DNA of 54,214 nucleotides from a virus (Duplodnaviria; Heunggongvirae; Uroviricota; Caudoviricetes): IMG/VR virus record IMGVR_UViG_2513237368_000009. One strand, given 5' to 3'. Below, one piece after another: positions 1 through 11,067 of the stretch; the stretch's first letter is position 1; the number at the start of each line of letters is the position of its first letter. A program made the translations under genes and the position numbers. The notes under the pieces are model-generated. The model ran no database searches and had not been told where the DNA came from. It was given only the letters and a program-made list of their open reading frames with translations.

Positions 1-3000
1 TTTAAGTCTCAACGATTCAAGTTCTAATTCCTTAGAAACACCACTATAATAGATACTATTATCGAGAGTATATTGTTCTGCCGATTGACCATTGTATACA
101 CTCTTTTCAAGTTCCTTAGTGATACCACTTAGAGAATTAGTTAATTGAGTCTTATTCAAATCAGCTAACGAAGATACAGTAGTTTGCAACCCTGTTAATA
201 ATGAATCAATTTCAGTTTGAAGAGTGTTATACTCATAACTTCCATTGGTATAACTAGATTGCTCTTTTTTCAAAGCACTCAATTGGTTCAAGTAGTTCGT
301 GTACTGATCAAACGTTGAAGAATATTGCTGTGCCATTAAAGCACCCTGAGCATTAGTATCAAGACCCAAGGTCTTTGCAAGATTTACCATATTAGTGATT
401 GTGTCTGTGACCGTTTGATATTTAGTTATTTGTGCTTGCAACAATGTGTTCTCATAATCAAATCTCTCTTTAATAGCAGATTTTATATTAGTTTGAGCAT
501 CAATAATTGCAGATTCATAACTTGAAATATCTGTCTTAATCGTACTAATCTGATCGCTTGTCAAACCTGTAAGTTTGAGTTTCTCTTTCAGAGCAGCGAT
601 TGATTGTTCGTCAGACGTAATCATCTCTTGGTAAATATCTTCTTGCAACTCTAACTGTTGTACGATAAATTTCTGTGTGGCAGCATCTTTATCACTTTGA
701 CTAGATGAGGAACTAATTGCACTAGCATATTGAGATTTCAGAAGATTTAACTTATCGGCAAATTTCTGAGAAATAGTGGCAAACTGTTTCTCTAAAGCAG
801 CGTTCGTATTCGTAGCAGTGCTAGTTAAATCTAGTGAAGCAGAAACATTACTACTTAACGATATTTGTCCCACGCTACCATTGCTATAAGCACTCGCTAA
901 ACTGATTAACTGTGAGTATTTATTCTGTTCAATCTGTAACTGAGCATTTGCAACACTTTGAGTACGGTCAACGTTCTTCTTAGCAAAACCATCTAATGCC
1001 TGATCCAATTGACTTTCAAGTTGTAATCTCTGTTGTAATTCTGAACTCAATCCAGTCGTCTGATCAAAGCTAACAACATCTAATGAGCTACTACCTAAGT
1101 CATCGAATGATTGACCACTCAACAGTCCATCTTGAAGATTAGTTACATTGTTTTTCAGTTCAGTAATGTTTGTATTCAACGAGGTTGTGAAATTCGTCAA
1201 ATCATTAGCTATCTGGTTTATCTGAATATCATTGAGTGTCTTTCTCAAAGTTATAATTGCATCTGCATCACTTAACAATGCAGTTTTAATATTTTCAAGA
1301 CTGCTTTGAACACTTGAAGCATTATCTTTCGATATGAATGACATGGTACTCAACTTGTTAAATTGAGTAATCAATTGCTTCATACTTGAAACTTGATCAC
1401 TTATAGATTCCGAAGACAACTTAGCCTTCATATTGTAATCAGTATCTCCAAACTCTTCTAATGCTCTTGAAAAAATACTTGCATTATTACTCAACAAGGT
1501 TGTTAAGTTAGTTGCGGCAGTCGTCAAAGTTGCAACATTGTTTGTTTCCTTTGTAGTGTTATAATCTATGATATTTTGTTGTTGTTGCCACTTATCAAGA
1601 TTTAAACTACTTATTGTGTTAGACACATCAACAATGTTTTCATAAACTGTCTTATAAGAATCTAGAAGTGTACTTACCTTATCGGCGGTATCACCCTTAA
1701 AGCTCTGAGAGTGATCCAAATTCGTTATCTGGTTACCACTTGACTTGAACCCATACCCTTTTAACTGAGACAATAATGAGTTCATTTGACTTTGATATGA
1801 ACTTTTGAGACTGTTTTGATAATTAATCTGTTGATTATCAAGATTAATCCTTTGCTTAGCTAGGCTTATTAACTTATCTATATCATCTGCGGCTTGCGTA
1901 ACAGCATTTTCTAACTTAGTAACTTGTGAGCTTAAACCGTCACCTGTATATAACTGTTTGCCCCAATAGCGCCATACATCTTCACTAACAGTAGAATCAC
2001 TCGTTGTACTGTCACTGTAATCTTTTGACGCTATATTCTTAGCAGCAGTTGCAGTAATCGCATTGTTGTCACTACCTATCGCTGCTGAAAGCGACTTAGT
2101 AGGACTAGCAGAGGTTACATCAGAAGAAGCAATCGCAACAGAGTTTGATTTAGCGTCTTTTTTAGTTGTCTTCTCTGTTTTATTAACAGCGATTGTTACA
2201 CTTTTAGATGTTGGCAAATTAGCGATTTTTTTGCTTAAACTATCAACATCTTTTCCACCTGTAACATTAGCTTTAACTTTAGATGTCTTGCTATGGACAT
2301 TTGCTATTGAGTTTATTAACTTGTCAACATCTTTTTTTCCAAAAGTTGTGTTCTTTGTCTTCGTACTCTTACTATGAGTTTTGTCAACAGAATTGTTTAA
2401 CTTATCAACATCTTTTTTCCCAGTTACCTTTGTTGTTACCTTTGATGTCTTACCCTTAATCTTATTAATCGCAGAACCAAGAGATTTAACATCTTTTGCG
2501 CCATACGGAACACCTTTGACTTTAACATTCTTACCTTTAACCTTGCCTATGCCCTTAGCTAGACTCTCAATATCCTTTGTCCCGCCAACTTTTGCAGCAG
2601 CCTTAACAGTTTTCCCTTTTAACTTATTAAGGTTCTTTTGTGCTTTTGTTATTGCAGAATCTAATTCTTTGTGATTACCTTTAAGGTTCGTCGTTTTGTC
2701 TTTGATTTTACTTAATTTCTTCTGAGCAGAGTCAATCTTGTCCAAAGCATCTTTTGCGTCACCTTTAACTTTAATAGGTTTTTTGGAAACACTATCTGCT
2801 GTTTTATTCACGCTATCTACGCCTTTGGTATAATTCTGAACATCAGCTTTAATCTTAGCAGTAGCAGTTCTACCATCTATCTTCTTCAGATAGGCGTTGA
2901 CCACATCAGCAGATAAACCAAAATAATGATTGTCAGCTAAGAATTTAGCGGTAGCTTTCTTCCCATCTGCCTCAGCCATATTCTTGATAATTCCTTTAAA

Positions 3001-5610
3001 GCCACTCTTAAAACCAGTTGTTTGTGCTAAGAACTTGCAAGCAATAACAGGAGGAACGGCTTTAATATTGCTGGTTAAATCTGTAATCAATGCTTTCGCA
3101 TCTACAGTACCATTAACATCGTATTTAGTTCCTTTTATTTCAGGGATCTGGTTCAATGCTTTAATAATTGAAGGAATCTCAACATGACCCGCATTATCAT
3201 AGGTTAAACCATACTTAGTACCTTTTTTCTCTGGAATCTCGTTCAATTTAGCTATAACATCCGTATCAACTAAACCTGTCGTCTTGTCAACAAAGCTGTA
3301 TTCTGTCATTGTTGTCTTAGGTACTTTGTCTATTTGCGTTTGAATCTTAGCATAAGCATTACCCCAATTTTTACCATATTGTGAAGCAAACTCAACAGAT
3401 AGGTTCAACATAGATTTTCCAAGAGTACCTTGTTTAGACATCAACTTGATATAGCTTGCTCCACCTTGCTCATAAGCAGCAATGGTTTTCTTAATAGCAT
3501 CTTGTGATTTACCACTAGCAGCTAAAATAGTAGTCATTCTATTTTCTTGTGTTGTCTTTTCGGTATCATACGCTTTGTTATACCCATCAACGACTTCTTG
3601 TGCAGCCTTTTTCTCTGTGGAACTCCACTTGCTAACATTGTTCGACTTAGTCCCCAATGAAGAGTTTTGCTTAGATAAATACTCAATTTCTTTTTGGTTC
3701 AGCTCTCCACCAGTAGCCAATTTCTTATTAATCGAATCAATCATATTCTTTTGATTTGACAGTTTTTCAAGACTAGAACCTTGCGCAACATTTGCTTTAT
3801 TAAGAGTAGAATTATTCATCATCTTAATATCATCTGAAGAAAAAACGTTGTTGTTTAAGGCATTACCAAATTCTTTTATATGCTTACGAATAGCACTTGT
3901 CTGCTTATCCCATTGATTTTCAACCGCTTGACCAGCCTTAGAACTCCATACCTTGGCATTATTACTACCTTCGGTATATGACTGATTTAATTCTTTAAGC
4001 TGTTGTTTATACTCCTTAATTTTCTTCTGTCCAGCATTCCAGCTAGTTGTACCTTCACTGATAGCTCTATTTTGTGAATCAATAGCAGTTTTGAGTTCAT
4101 TAACTTGCTTAGCATAGCCCTTATCGGTTGACTTAACTGCTTCAAAAGCTGTCGAACCACCCAATGTACTTGTTTCTTTAACTTCTTTGTCAATCTTTTT
4201 ATTACCTTTATAAACGTTCTTTTGAGCTATTTCTGTCAACTCAGCATTCAATGAATCTAACTGTTCTTTGATAGAGTCATAGTTGTTAATCGTAATCCTA
4301 AGTTTAAGATTGTTCTTCTTAGCTAAATCATTATAACTATTTTTCAAAGTGTTGAAATCATCATCTGATAATTGCTTCTTGCTATTATTTGTACCTTTAG
4401 CAAAACTTGAAGATAAATCACTGTAAGACTTAGTATTACTAATAGCACCACCATTAAAGATAGAGTTTGAGTTAATACTCTTTTCAGTATCTTCAAATGA
4501 TTTCTTAGTCTCTTTCAGACTACTGTTAAGGTTATCTACGGCATCTTTTGTTAAATTTGCACCCTTTATATTTATTTCCCATGGTTTTATTCCCAAAGCA
4601 TCCATTATCTGGAATGCTGCAAAAACAGTACCAACAATGGGGATTAATTTCAAAAGTCCGCCACCAAGTAATTTAGCTACATTGAGCAAACCACTAAATT
4701 TACCAGTAACCTTTGCTACTGTTCCACTACCACTTGCGAGACTTGAAAAGAAACCAGCATTCTCTGCTGCTGCGCCAACTTTTTCAACCTTACTTACTCC
4801 CTTTACCGTGTTGGCAGTTTTTGACACTCCGCCACCTAGATCGGCTACACTTGCCAATTCTTTATTAGCAGCCAAATCAGCGTACGCTTTAGACTCTGCA
4901 GTAACTGCTAACGCTTCTTCTGCTGCTTTACTCTTGCCGAGTGACATTAAACTATAGAACGACTTCATCGCTTTTCCATATTGAACCAACTTGTTGACAG
5001 CCCATATGTCTAACAGAATTTTACCCAACGCTTCAAGCTTATCCGAGTTCTCTGCTGCATATTTGCCAAGTTCATAAAGCTCTTTTGCCATTTTCCCGAA
5101 TCCTTCAGCATCTTTTTCGATACCAGAAACGAAACTCTTACTGTTAAATAGTTTTGACAAATCATTAGCAGCATCAGTGAAACTAGGTAATAACTTAGAA
5201 CCAAACATGATCTTTAAGTTGTTCCATGCTTCCTTAAATCTAGCCATTGATTGTTGAGCAGTCTGATTATTACTATCAGCTAATTTTTGAATATAATTTC
5301 CTTTATCTCCAACTTTCTGAACACTCTTAGCCAAATCTTGGAATTGCTTATTGTATTGAGATAAAATAATACCAGCCTGTTGTCCAGTCGTCCCGAACAA
5401 AGCATTAAAGACATTACTTTTTTGTGCTTTACCCATGTTTTTAGTTTTTTGATTAATAACATCCATCATTGTTCCCAACGATTTGAAGTTGCCCTTTGCA
5501 TCAACGAGATCCGATTTTTTTATCCCGAGTGGTGTTAATACATCACCTTTAGTACCAATTTTGGCAATATCTTTACCTAATGAAACGATTACTTTACGCA
5601 GACCTGTACC
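1..5610 (-). CDS. Tail tape measure protein, exon 2 (3' part, runs off the left edge)
   Basis: Frame begins GTGLRKVIVSLGK...ALFGTTGQQAGIIL...MARFKEAWNNL, typical of a TP901-type TMP core. Spot checks at 1-60, ~2040 and 5100-5610 show no stops. Absence from the ORF track fits an ORF with no stop inside the window. Confidence 0.9.
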
Positions 5611-5881
5611 CATTATGTTATCACGCAAGCTCTTTATCTTGCGTTTCTACATGTTTCCATGCAGATCAGACTATATCTCAACCTTCAACATTACTTGTTA
5701 AGGTTCTCCCTCTTCGTGGATATTTCGTCCGTTCTGGACTACTTTATCTAGTCGTTGCACACTTTCATATATTCCTATATGACTTGGCTCAGTCTTACCA
5801 TGTTTTTATAATTTAGGCTTGTACTGAATTAAAGGAGTTCTTTTTCAAAAACATTTCTGTTTAAGCGGCCAGTTTTACCAA
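5611..5881 (-). ncRNA. Group I self-splicing intron (271 nt, no homing endonuclease ORF) in the tape measure gene
   Basis: 5' exon ends in U (GCU), and exon GGCU pairs with intron GGCC giving the U-G splice pair (P1). P7 strands GACUA (5753-5749) and UAGUC in GAUAUAGUCUG (5673-5669). GNRA-capped stems AAACA-GAAA-UGUUU, CAUAUA-GGAA-UAUAUG and CUGCAUG-GAAA-CAUGUAG. Terminal G at 5611. Removal restores in-frame HGLEADKA|GTGLRK. Confidence 0.92.
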
Positions 5882-7651
5882 AGCCTTATCTGCTTCAAGT
5901 CCGTGATTGGCAAGTTCACCCAATGCTGCTGACGATTCTGCTAAACTAATTCCAGAGTTATGTGCTGTATCACCAACGTACTCCATACCTTTACCAATAC
6001 CAGCAAATGCAGTCGCAGACATATCGGCAGCATAAGCAAGTTCATTAACAACTTTTTTAGTATTCTTTGTCATTTTGGCAGTATTATTTGTTCTTAGATT
6101 AAAGGCATCAAGTGTTTGAGATGAAACCTTAACAACATCAGCAAAATCATCTCCAGATGCTACAGAGCCTTGTAATTCTGATTTCATAGCTCCCAATGCA
6201 GATGCGGAAGAATAACCACGCTTAACTAATTCTTGATATTGTAATGCGATATCAGCTTGAGATTTACCATATTTAACCGAATACGCTTGTCCATCTTTCT
6301 GCATTTGTGCAACGTTCTTAGTAACTTCTGAAACCTTCTCGCCACCACTTTTTAACAAATTTCCTGTAACTTTATAGGTATTTTGTAAACTCGATGCCTT
6401 TTTTGCGCCATCAACCAATACAGATCCTAGTCCCCCAACTGCCAATGCAGCGGTTGTTGCACCATTAACAAGAGAACCCGTGTCTAATTTAAGAGGAGTA
6501 GCCAAAGATTTTGTTAGACTTGGAGCGGCTGCTTTAGCTTGTGCTTTTGCATACATGAGTTTTAACTTATTCTCACTTTGTAGAACGGCTAACTCTTGTT
6601 TCTGAGTTGAACTTAGAAGTTTTTCAGCACCAGTAGACTCTGTTATTAATCTTTTCTTCGACTCTAATAATGACAATTGACGTTGAATTATTATGCTTTC
6701 TTCACGATTAGCTGTTAAAGCTCTAGTCTGCAAACTATTTTTTGCATTCTCAACACTAGATAACTTCTTGAATGCACTAGCAGATTCTTTAGCTTTTAGT
6801 TGAGTTTCAGCTAAGGCTATGTTCATCTTCTTAACACTGTCAACACCACTCTTCATACCACTAAATGCGCTATTGTTTCCACCATTTAATTTACTGAAAG
6901 TACGTTGATATGTTGTTTGTAATTCTTTCAATTTAACATTTAAGTCTTGAATACGACCAGACCAAGCAGCAATCTTACCTTGGTCATTAGAACCAGCAAC
7001 CTTTGTTTCCAATGAGCCGATTTCTTTCATAGTCTGTTTCAACTCGTTCAAAGCCTTTTTCTGATCAAGAATTAACTTTGTGTCAGACCCGTCTGCTGTA
7101 CTCTTCGTTACTCGACTAGTGAAACTATTGATATCTTCGGACTTTGTAACACTATTACTTGTACCGTTCGCAGTTTGTCTTGAAGCAGTTACTAACTTAT
7201 TGAGACTACCTTGCAGAGCTTGTTCTTCTCTAAGAGTATTCTCTTTAATTCTTTCTCCGACCTTTTTACCAGTCTGTTCAATCTCCTCAGATTGCTTCTT
7301 AAAGTTTTCAGCAACGTTAGAGGTGGCGTTATTCTTAACGTCTTTCATATTGACCTTTAAGTCAATATTCTTCTCCATTTCCTCACGTAAATGTCTAAAC
7401 TCTTTGGTTACCTGTAAAAGTTCCTTAGAAACGGAGGAAGTATCTAATTTAGGTTTAATGGTTACATTAGTTCCATCAAGGATATCCTTGATTTGTTTCC
7501 CCATTTTTCTAAGACTATTCTTATCTGCCTCAACGTTAATCTTAGCAGTGAAATCTGCCTTAAAGTTTTTCCATTTTTCTCTAAACTCACTTTCTAGTTG
7601 TGATTTAGAAGGTAGATTTACCTTTACCTTGATACCAAGTGTTTGACTCAT
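5882..7651 (-). CDS. Tail tape measure protein, exon 1
   Basis: ATG at 7651 after RBS AGGTGGTG. Coiled-coil N-terminus, then a TMP core (ELAYAADMSATAF...MEYVG...SAALGELANHGLEADKA). Unspliced reading stops at 5861. Confidence 0.9.
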
Positions 7652-8729
7652 TCTTTTCACCACCTAAGTTATTCTTGTCTTTGGGATTACTATTTCCATT
7701 CATCAATCTACTTATGTCTTTAAGTGTTTCCGACTCACTTTTCTCTTCCATATAGAATCTAGAAGTTGTATCTAACGATTCGTGATGAGCTAATTCCTTA
7801 GCAAGTTGAACGTTACCCGTTTGTCCTATCTGATTTAATCTACTCTTACGAATACAATGTGGTCTGAAATCACCAACACCAACAATTTCCCCAATCTTTC
7901 TAATGCGATTAGTAAGTGATTGTTTGCTCATTCTTCCCCATGCACCGTTTTTCCAAACATAGAACAATGCGTCACAGTCAATACCCTGTTCTTTACGCCA
8001 ATCTAGATATTCTTGCACTTTCACCTTTGTTGAACCTTCAAAGGGAATATCAACAATCTTTCCACGTTTTTCCCTAACGTCTTTAAAAATCATTTCATCC
8101 ATATTTAGATTTGATAAGCTCAACTGATGTAATGCACCTATTCGACATGCACTATCAAAAGCAATGTTCCAAATAATTTCGTCTTGGTAATCATATTTAC
8201 TTAATGACGTCTTGGGTTTGCTTAATTCTTTCTTTATCAAATCAATCTCTGGCTGATGTAGGAAATAAACTGCAATTTTCTTCTCTTCCTGAGCATTTTT
8301 TATTCTGTCCAACTTGCCACTAAAAGGATGTGATTGTATCAATCTACGTTTCGTAGCCCAAACATAGAAACTTGACACAGCACTAAGTTTTGTATTTATA
8401 ACTTTCTTTCCATTCCCACATTCATCTTCAAGAAACAACATGTATGCTTCCATAATGTCCAACATATCTTCTTCAAGAATGTCTTCATTAAGTAGATAGA
8501 AATTATCCCAATTCTCTTCGATATAACACATGAAAATATTCATATATGATTGATATACCTTATACGTAGTTTCACGAACATCTCGATTTTGAGCTTTCTT
8601 ACTGTTTAAATATTTGTTATATATTTTTATGTTATCTGGATTTATCTTCTCCATACGTTCTTTTGTCGTATACTTTTTGATCTTACGTTTACCTGTTGTT
8701 TGATACTTTAATCCTTCTTTGTGTTCCAT
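7605..8729 (-). CDS. Tyrosine recombinase (integrase/Xer family)
   Basis: Catalytic motifs SACRIGAL (R), RPHCIRKS (HxxR), LAHHES (H), TTSRFY (Y). Position next to the TMP resembles SPbeta yomM. Confidence 0.9.
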   Translation of the reverse strand: MEHKEGLKYQTTGKRKIKKYTTKERMEKINPDNIKIYNKYLNSKKAQNRDVRETTYKVYQSYMNIFMCYIEENWDNFYLLNEDILEEDMLDIMEAYMLFLEDECGNGKKVINTKLSAVSSFYVWATKRRLIQSHPFSGKLDRIKNAQEEKKIAVYFLHQPEIDLIKKELSKPKTSLSKYDYQDEIIWNIAFDSACRIGALHQLSLSNLNMDEMIFKDVREKRGKIVDIPFEGSTKVKVQEYLDWRKEQGIDCDALFYVWKNGAWGRMSKQSLTNRIRKIGEIVGVGDFRPHCIRKSRLNQIGQTGNVQLAKELAHHESLDTTSRFYMEEKSESETLKDISRLMNGNSNPKDKNNLGGEKNESNTWYQGKGKSTF

Positions 8730-8742
8730 CAATTACACCTCT

Positions 8743-9234
8743 CTATTCAATTACTGTTTCAAAACCTCTACTTCTTAAACCTTCAGCAAGAACTAAGATT
8801 AATTTAGGAATCATTTGACCAAAGCCCTGTTCCATAAAATGTCTTGCTGGCTGTGCGTAGATAGAAGAATGTCCACCTTGATCTAAAACGATAGGCAATC
8901 CTTGTCTAAAATCATTCCCATGAACATCTACGTGATGACCCCATTGGTGAGGTAAAGGAGGGTACATACCCAACTCATGAGTATCTATATAGACGAGAAA
9001 ACTAACACTTCTACCAGTAGAGGTCATTCTGGTTTTCACTGTATCTGCCATCTCTCCACTTCGGACGTAGTATTCAGATACAGCACCCGCTGGAAAGTCT
9101 CGTGTCAAGATCTCTTTCAAAATCTCTTCTGCTGCACGTCTCACTAATGTTGAAACAACTTCTTCAACACCTTTTTCAATGTGACTAATTACAGCCGAAA
9201 TTCCATCAAAGGTTATTTTTCCTTCGAGTGCCAT
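8743..9234 (-). CDS. Putative tail/neck component (HK97 gp10-like)
   Basis: ATG at 9234 with GGGGG RBS. YVRSGEM and QPARHFMEQ-type motifs; tail-module context. Confidence 0.5.
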   Translation of the reverse strand: MALEGKITFDGISAVISHIEKGVEEVVSTLVRRAAEEILKEILTRDFPAGAVSEYYVRSGEMADTVKTRMTSTGRSVSFLVYIDTHELGMYPPLPHQWGHHVDVHGNDFRQGLPIVLDQGGHSSIYAQPARHFMEQGFGQMIPKLILVLAEGLRSRGFETVIE

Positions 9235-9338
9235 AAAATTCCCCCAATCAAAATAAACGCAAAGTAGGATAGAAATATTTTGAATTTCCATCCTAACCTT
9301 GCGTTTAATATTTATTATTTCACCTGTTTTTGTTGCTT

Positions 9339-10046
9339 TTAATCTAAGTCATCACCATAAGCGTTTAAGACTTTTTCTTGATAAATCTGAGCGGGAGTTA
9401 AGTGAGTTGCCTCACTCACATTCTCGTTCTTGACCCTAATGTCAACTTGTGGAGCATCTTCGTTAGCCTTGGCTTTTTTCTTCATTTCTTCTTGGAGAGT
9501 CTTTGAAACTTTTCCTTTTTGAATGTCGTTCACCCTATCGGCTTCGTCAAATACCTCTTTCAATAATTCTTTACCTTTTTCTGTTTCACTTGCTTGATTC
9601 ACGAAAGTACCAACCGCAGAATGATTTAGCTTCATAGATTCCAAACTCACATCATGTTCCAGCAGTTCATTTGCGTATGATAAAAGTACAATTTTATAAA
9701 CACTCGTAATAATGTGTACTAATACTTGATTAACTTCCATCATAGCTGTACTTGGATTATCAAGTACGTCCTGAATTTCCTCTTCCGTCATGTCACCCAC
9801 TTTGATGTCTGTCAGAAGCGGAATAACGTCTTTTAGAATAGTGGCATCTGAAATCTTCAATGTTGACTTATCTTTTTCTTTCTCATCTTTCACATTCAAA
9901 CTGATAATAAATTCATGTAACCCCATTATCACTTCAACATCTGACTTTCTAGGTTCATAAATGGTGATATCACCATATTTTGACTTAATAACCGTGTTAA
10001 TTTCACGTTCAACTGGGTCTGTTCTTAAATTTTTAAGTTCAACCAA
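9339..10046 (-). CDS. Hypothetical tail-module protein, possible tail assembly chaperone
   Basis: 235-aa acidic ORF, TTG start with GAGGGTG RBS, upstream of the TMP. Confidence 0.45.
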   Translation of the reverse strand: MVELKNLRTDPVEREINTVIKSKYGDITIYEPRKSDVEVIMGLHEFIISLNVKDEKEKDKSTLKISDATILKDVIPLLTDIKVGDMTEEEIQDVLDNPSTAMMEVNQVLVHIITSVYKIVLLSYANELLEHDVSLESMKLNHSAVGTFVNQASETEKGKELLKEVFDEADRVNDIQKGKVSKTLQEEMKKKAKANEDAPQVDIRVKNENVSEATHLTPAQIYQEKVLNAYGDDLD

Positions 10047-10068
10047 CTACGCTCACCCTCTCCTGTAA

Positions 10069-10110
10069 TTTATATAACATATTATAACATAATGTCAATA
10101 TGTTTACTAT
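10069..10110 (-). promoter_or_regulatory. Host sigmaA-type promoter inside the late module
   Basis: Minus strand TTGACA (10098-10093)-N18-TATAAA, plus a perfect extended -10 TGT-TATAAT (10089-10081). Confidence 0.6.
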
Positions 10111-10130
10111 CAAAACCAAAATAATGACAG

Positions 10131-10496
10131 TTATTTTTCTCGGATAGGGAGTTTACTTGCATTTAGGTATAACCATTCACCTGTCGAATTTCCGCCTATC
10201 CCACTATACCCACCGTATAGATAATCTAGATCATCTTTTTCACCAGTAGTGATATATCCACGTTCAATATAATGTGTACAATTGTCATATATTTTGTTGT
10301 GCAATAACGCCTTTACTGCTTCCGTCAAAAGTCTATCTGTATTCTGTAGGTTTTCCAACTTCTCCTTGTCCATTTCCCTCTTATGCTTGAACCACTTCCA
10401 ACAAAAAGCAAGAGAGGTGACAACAATTGGAGCTGATAAGATTTGTGATGTTAAGTCGATACCTTCTTTTAAGTTACTTAACCACATATACTTCAC
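10131..10496 (-). CDS. Holin-like small membrane protein
   Basis: One N-terminal hydrophobic segment (ILSAPIVVTSLAFCW), then the LLHNKIY..C..YIERGYIT..E..L..LY.GY..IGGN motif common in Firmicutes phage holin-like proteins. Confidence 0.55.
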   Translation of the reverse strand: MKYMWLSNLKEGIDLTSQILSAPIVVTSLAFCWKWFKHKREMDKEKLENLQNTDRLLTEAVKALLHNKIYDNCTHYIERGYITTGEKDDLDYLYGGYSGIGGNSTGEWLYLNASKLPIREK

Positions 10497-10569
10497 CAGA
10501 AATTAACATGTTTTTATTTTTCATAATAATACCTCTTCTCGCCAACCACCCAACCCTAGATTCTTGATG

Positions 10570-10797
10570 TTATTCTGTTGCTGCGATATATGATTTTAAC
10601 TTATTCATTGCAATGACAGTTACGTCATTCATGATAGTATCTTTCAATTCTTTACCTTCTGACAAATCTTTCTTGAAGACCTTAGCAGAATAAGTTAATG
10701 ATTCTCCATCGCTATTACTTGCTGAAAAGCCTATCTTAAAATCATTGATTTCGCCTTGAACTATTTCTGCCTCATAACTATCTATTATAAAATTCAT
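10570..10797 (-). CDS. Hypothetical protein
   Basis: 75-aa ORF with GGAG RBS, in operon. Confidence 0.6.
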   Translation of the reverse strand: MNFIIDSYEAEIVQGEINDFKIGFSASNSDGESLTYSAKVFKKDLSEGKELKDTIMNDVTVIAMNKLKSYIAATE

Positions 10798-10810
10798 TTA
10801 TTTATCACTC

Positions 10811-11034
10811 CTATTTTACAGCCACTATTTCTACCAGTTTATTTTTTGCTATATTTTCGAGATCACTTTGACTTGTCTGTTCAAAAACCTTGCCATCAGT
10901 CAAGTCTGATAATTCAATTTTAATGGTAACATTTACAAAATTACCATTGCTATCAGAACCATATAAACCCACAGAACAAGAATTTGCAACGCTATCTTTT
11001 ATAACATAAGATATACTATTTACTTTAATTTCCA
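10811..11034 (-). CDS. Hypothetical protein, distantly similar to the adjacent 75-aa ORF
   Basis: Likely GTG start at 11034 with AAGGAAG RBS, directly downstream of the fibre gene. Confidence 0.55.
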
Positions 11035-11067
11035 CGTAAAACACTTCCTTCTCTTTTTTGTACAAAA

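Noticed and set aside
5611-5881. Homing endonuclease within the intron, or a simple frameshift/pseudogene explanation of the TMP break
   Set aside because: The intron is only 271 nt with no suitable ORF, and precise in-frame rejoining plus the P1/P7 elements argue against decay.
2063-7646. Plus-strand and short off-frame ORFs (2063-2377, 2381-2674, 2930-3187, 3482-3754, 3987-4193, 4637-4957, 5010-5204, 5280-5462, 5483-5816, 7080-7646)
   Set aside because: Shadows of the tape measure reading frame or the intron; no RBS and biased composition.
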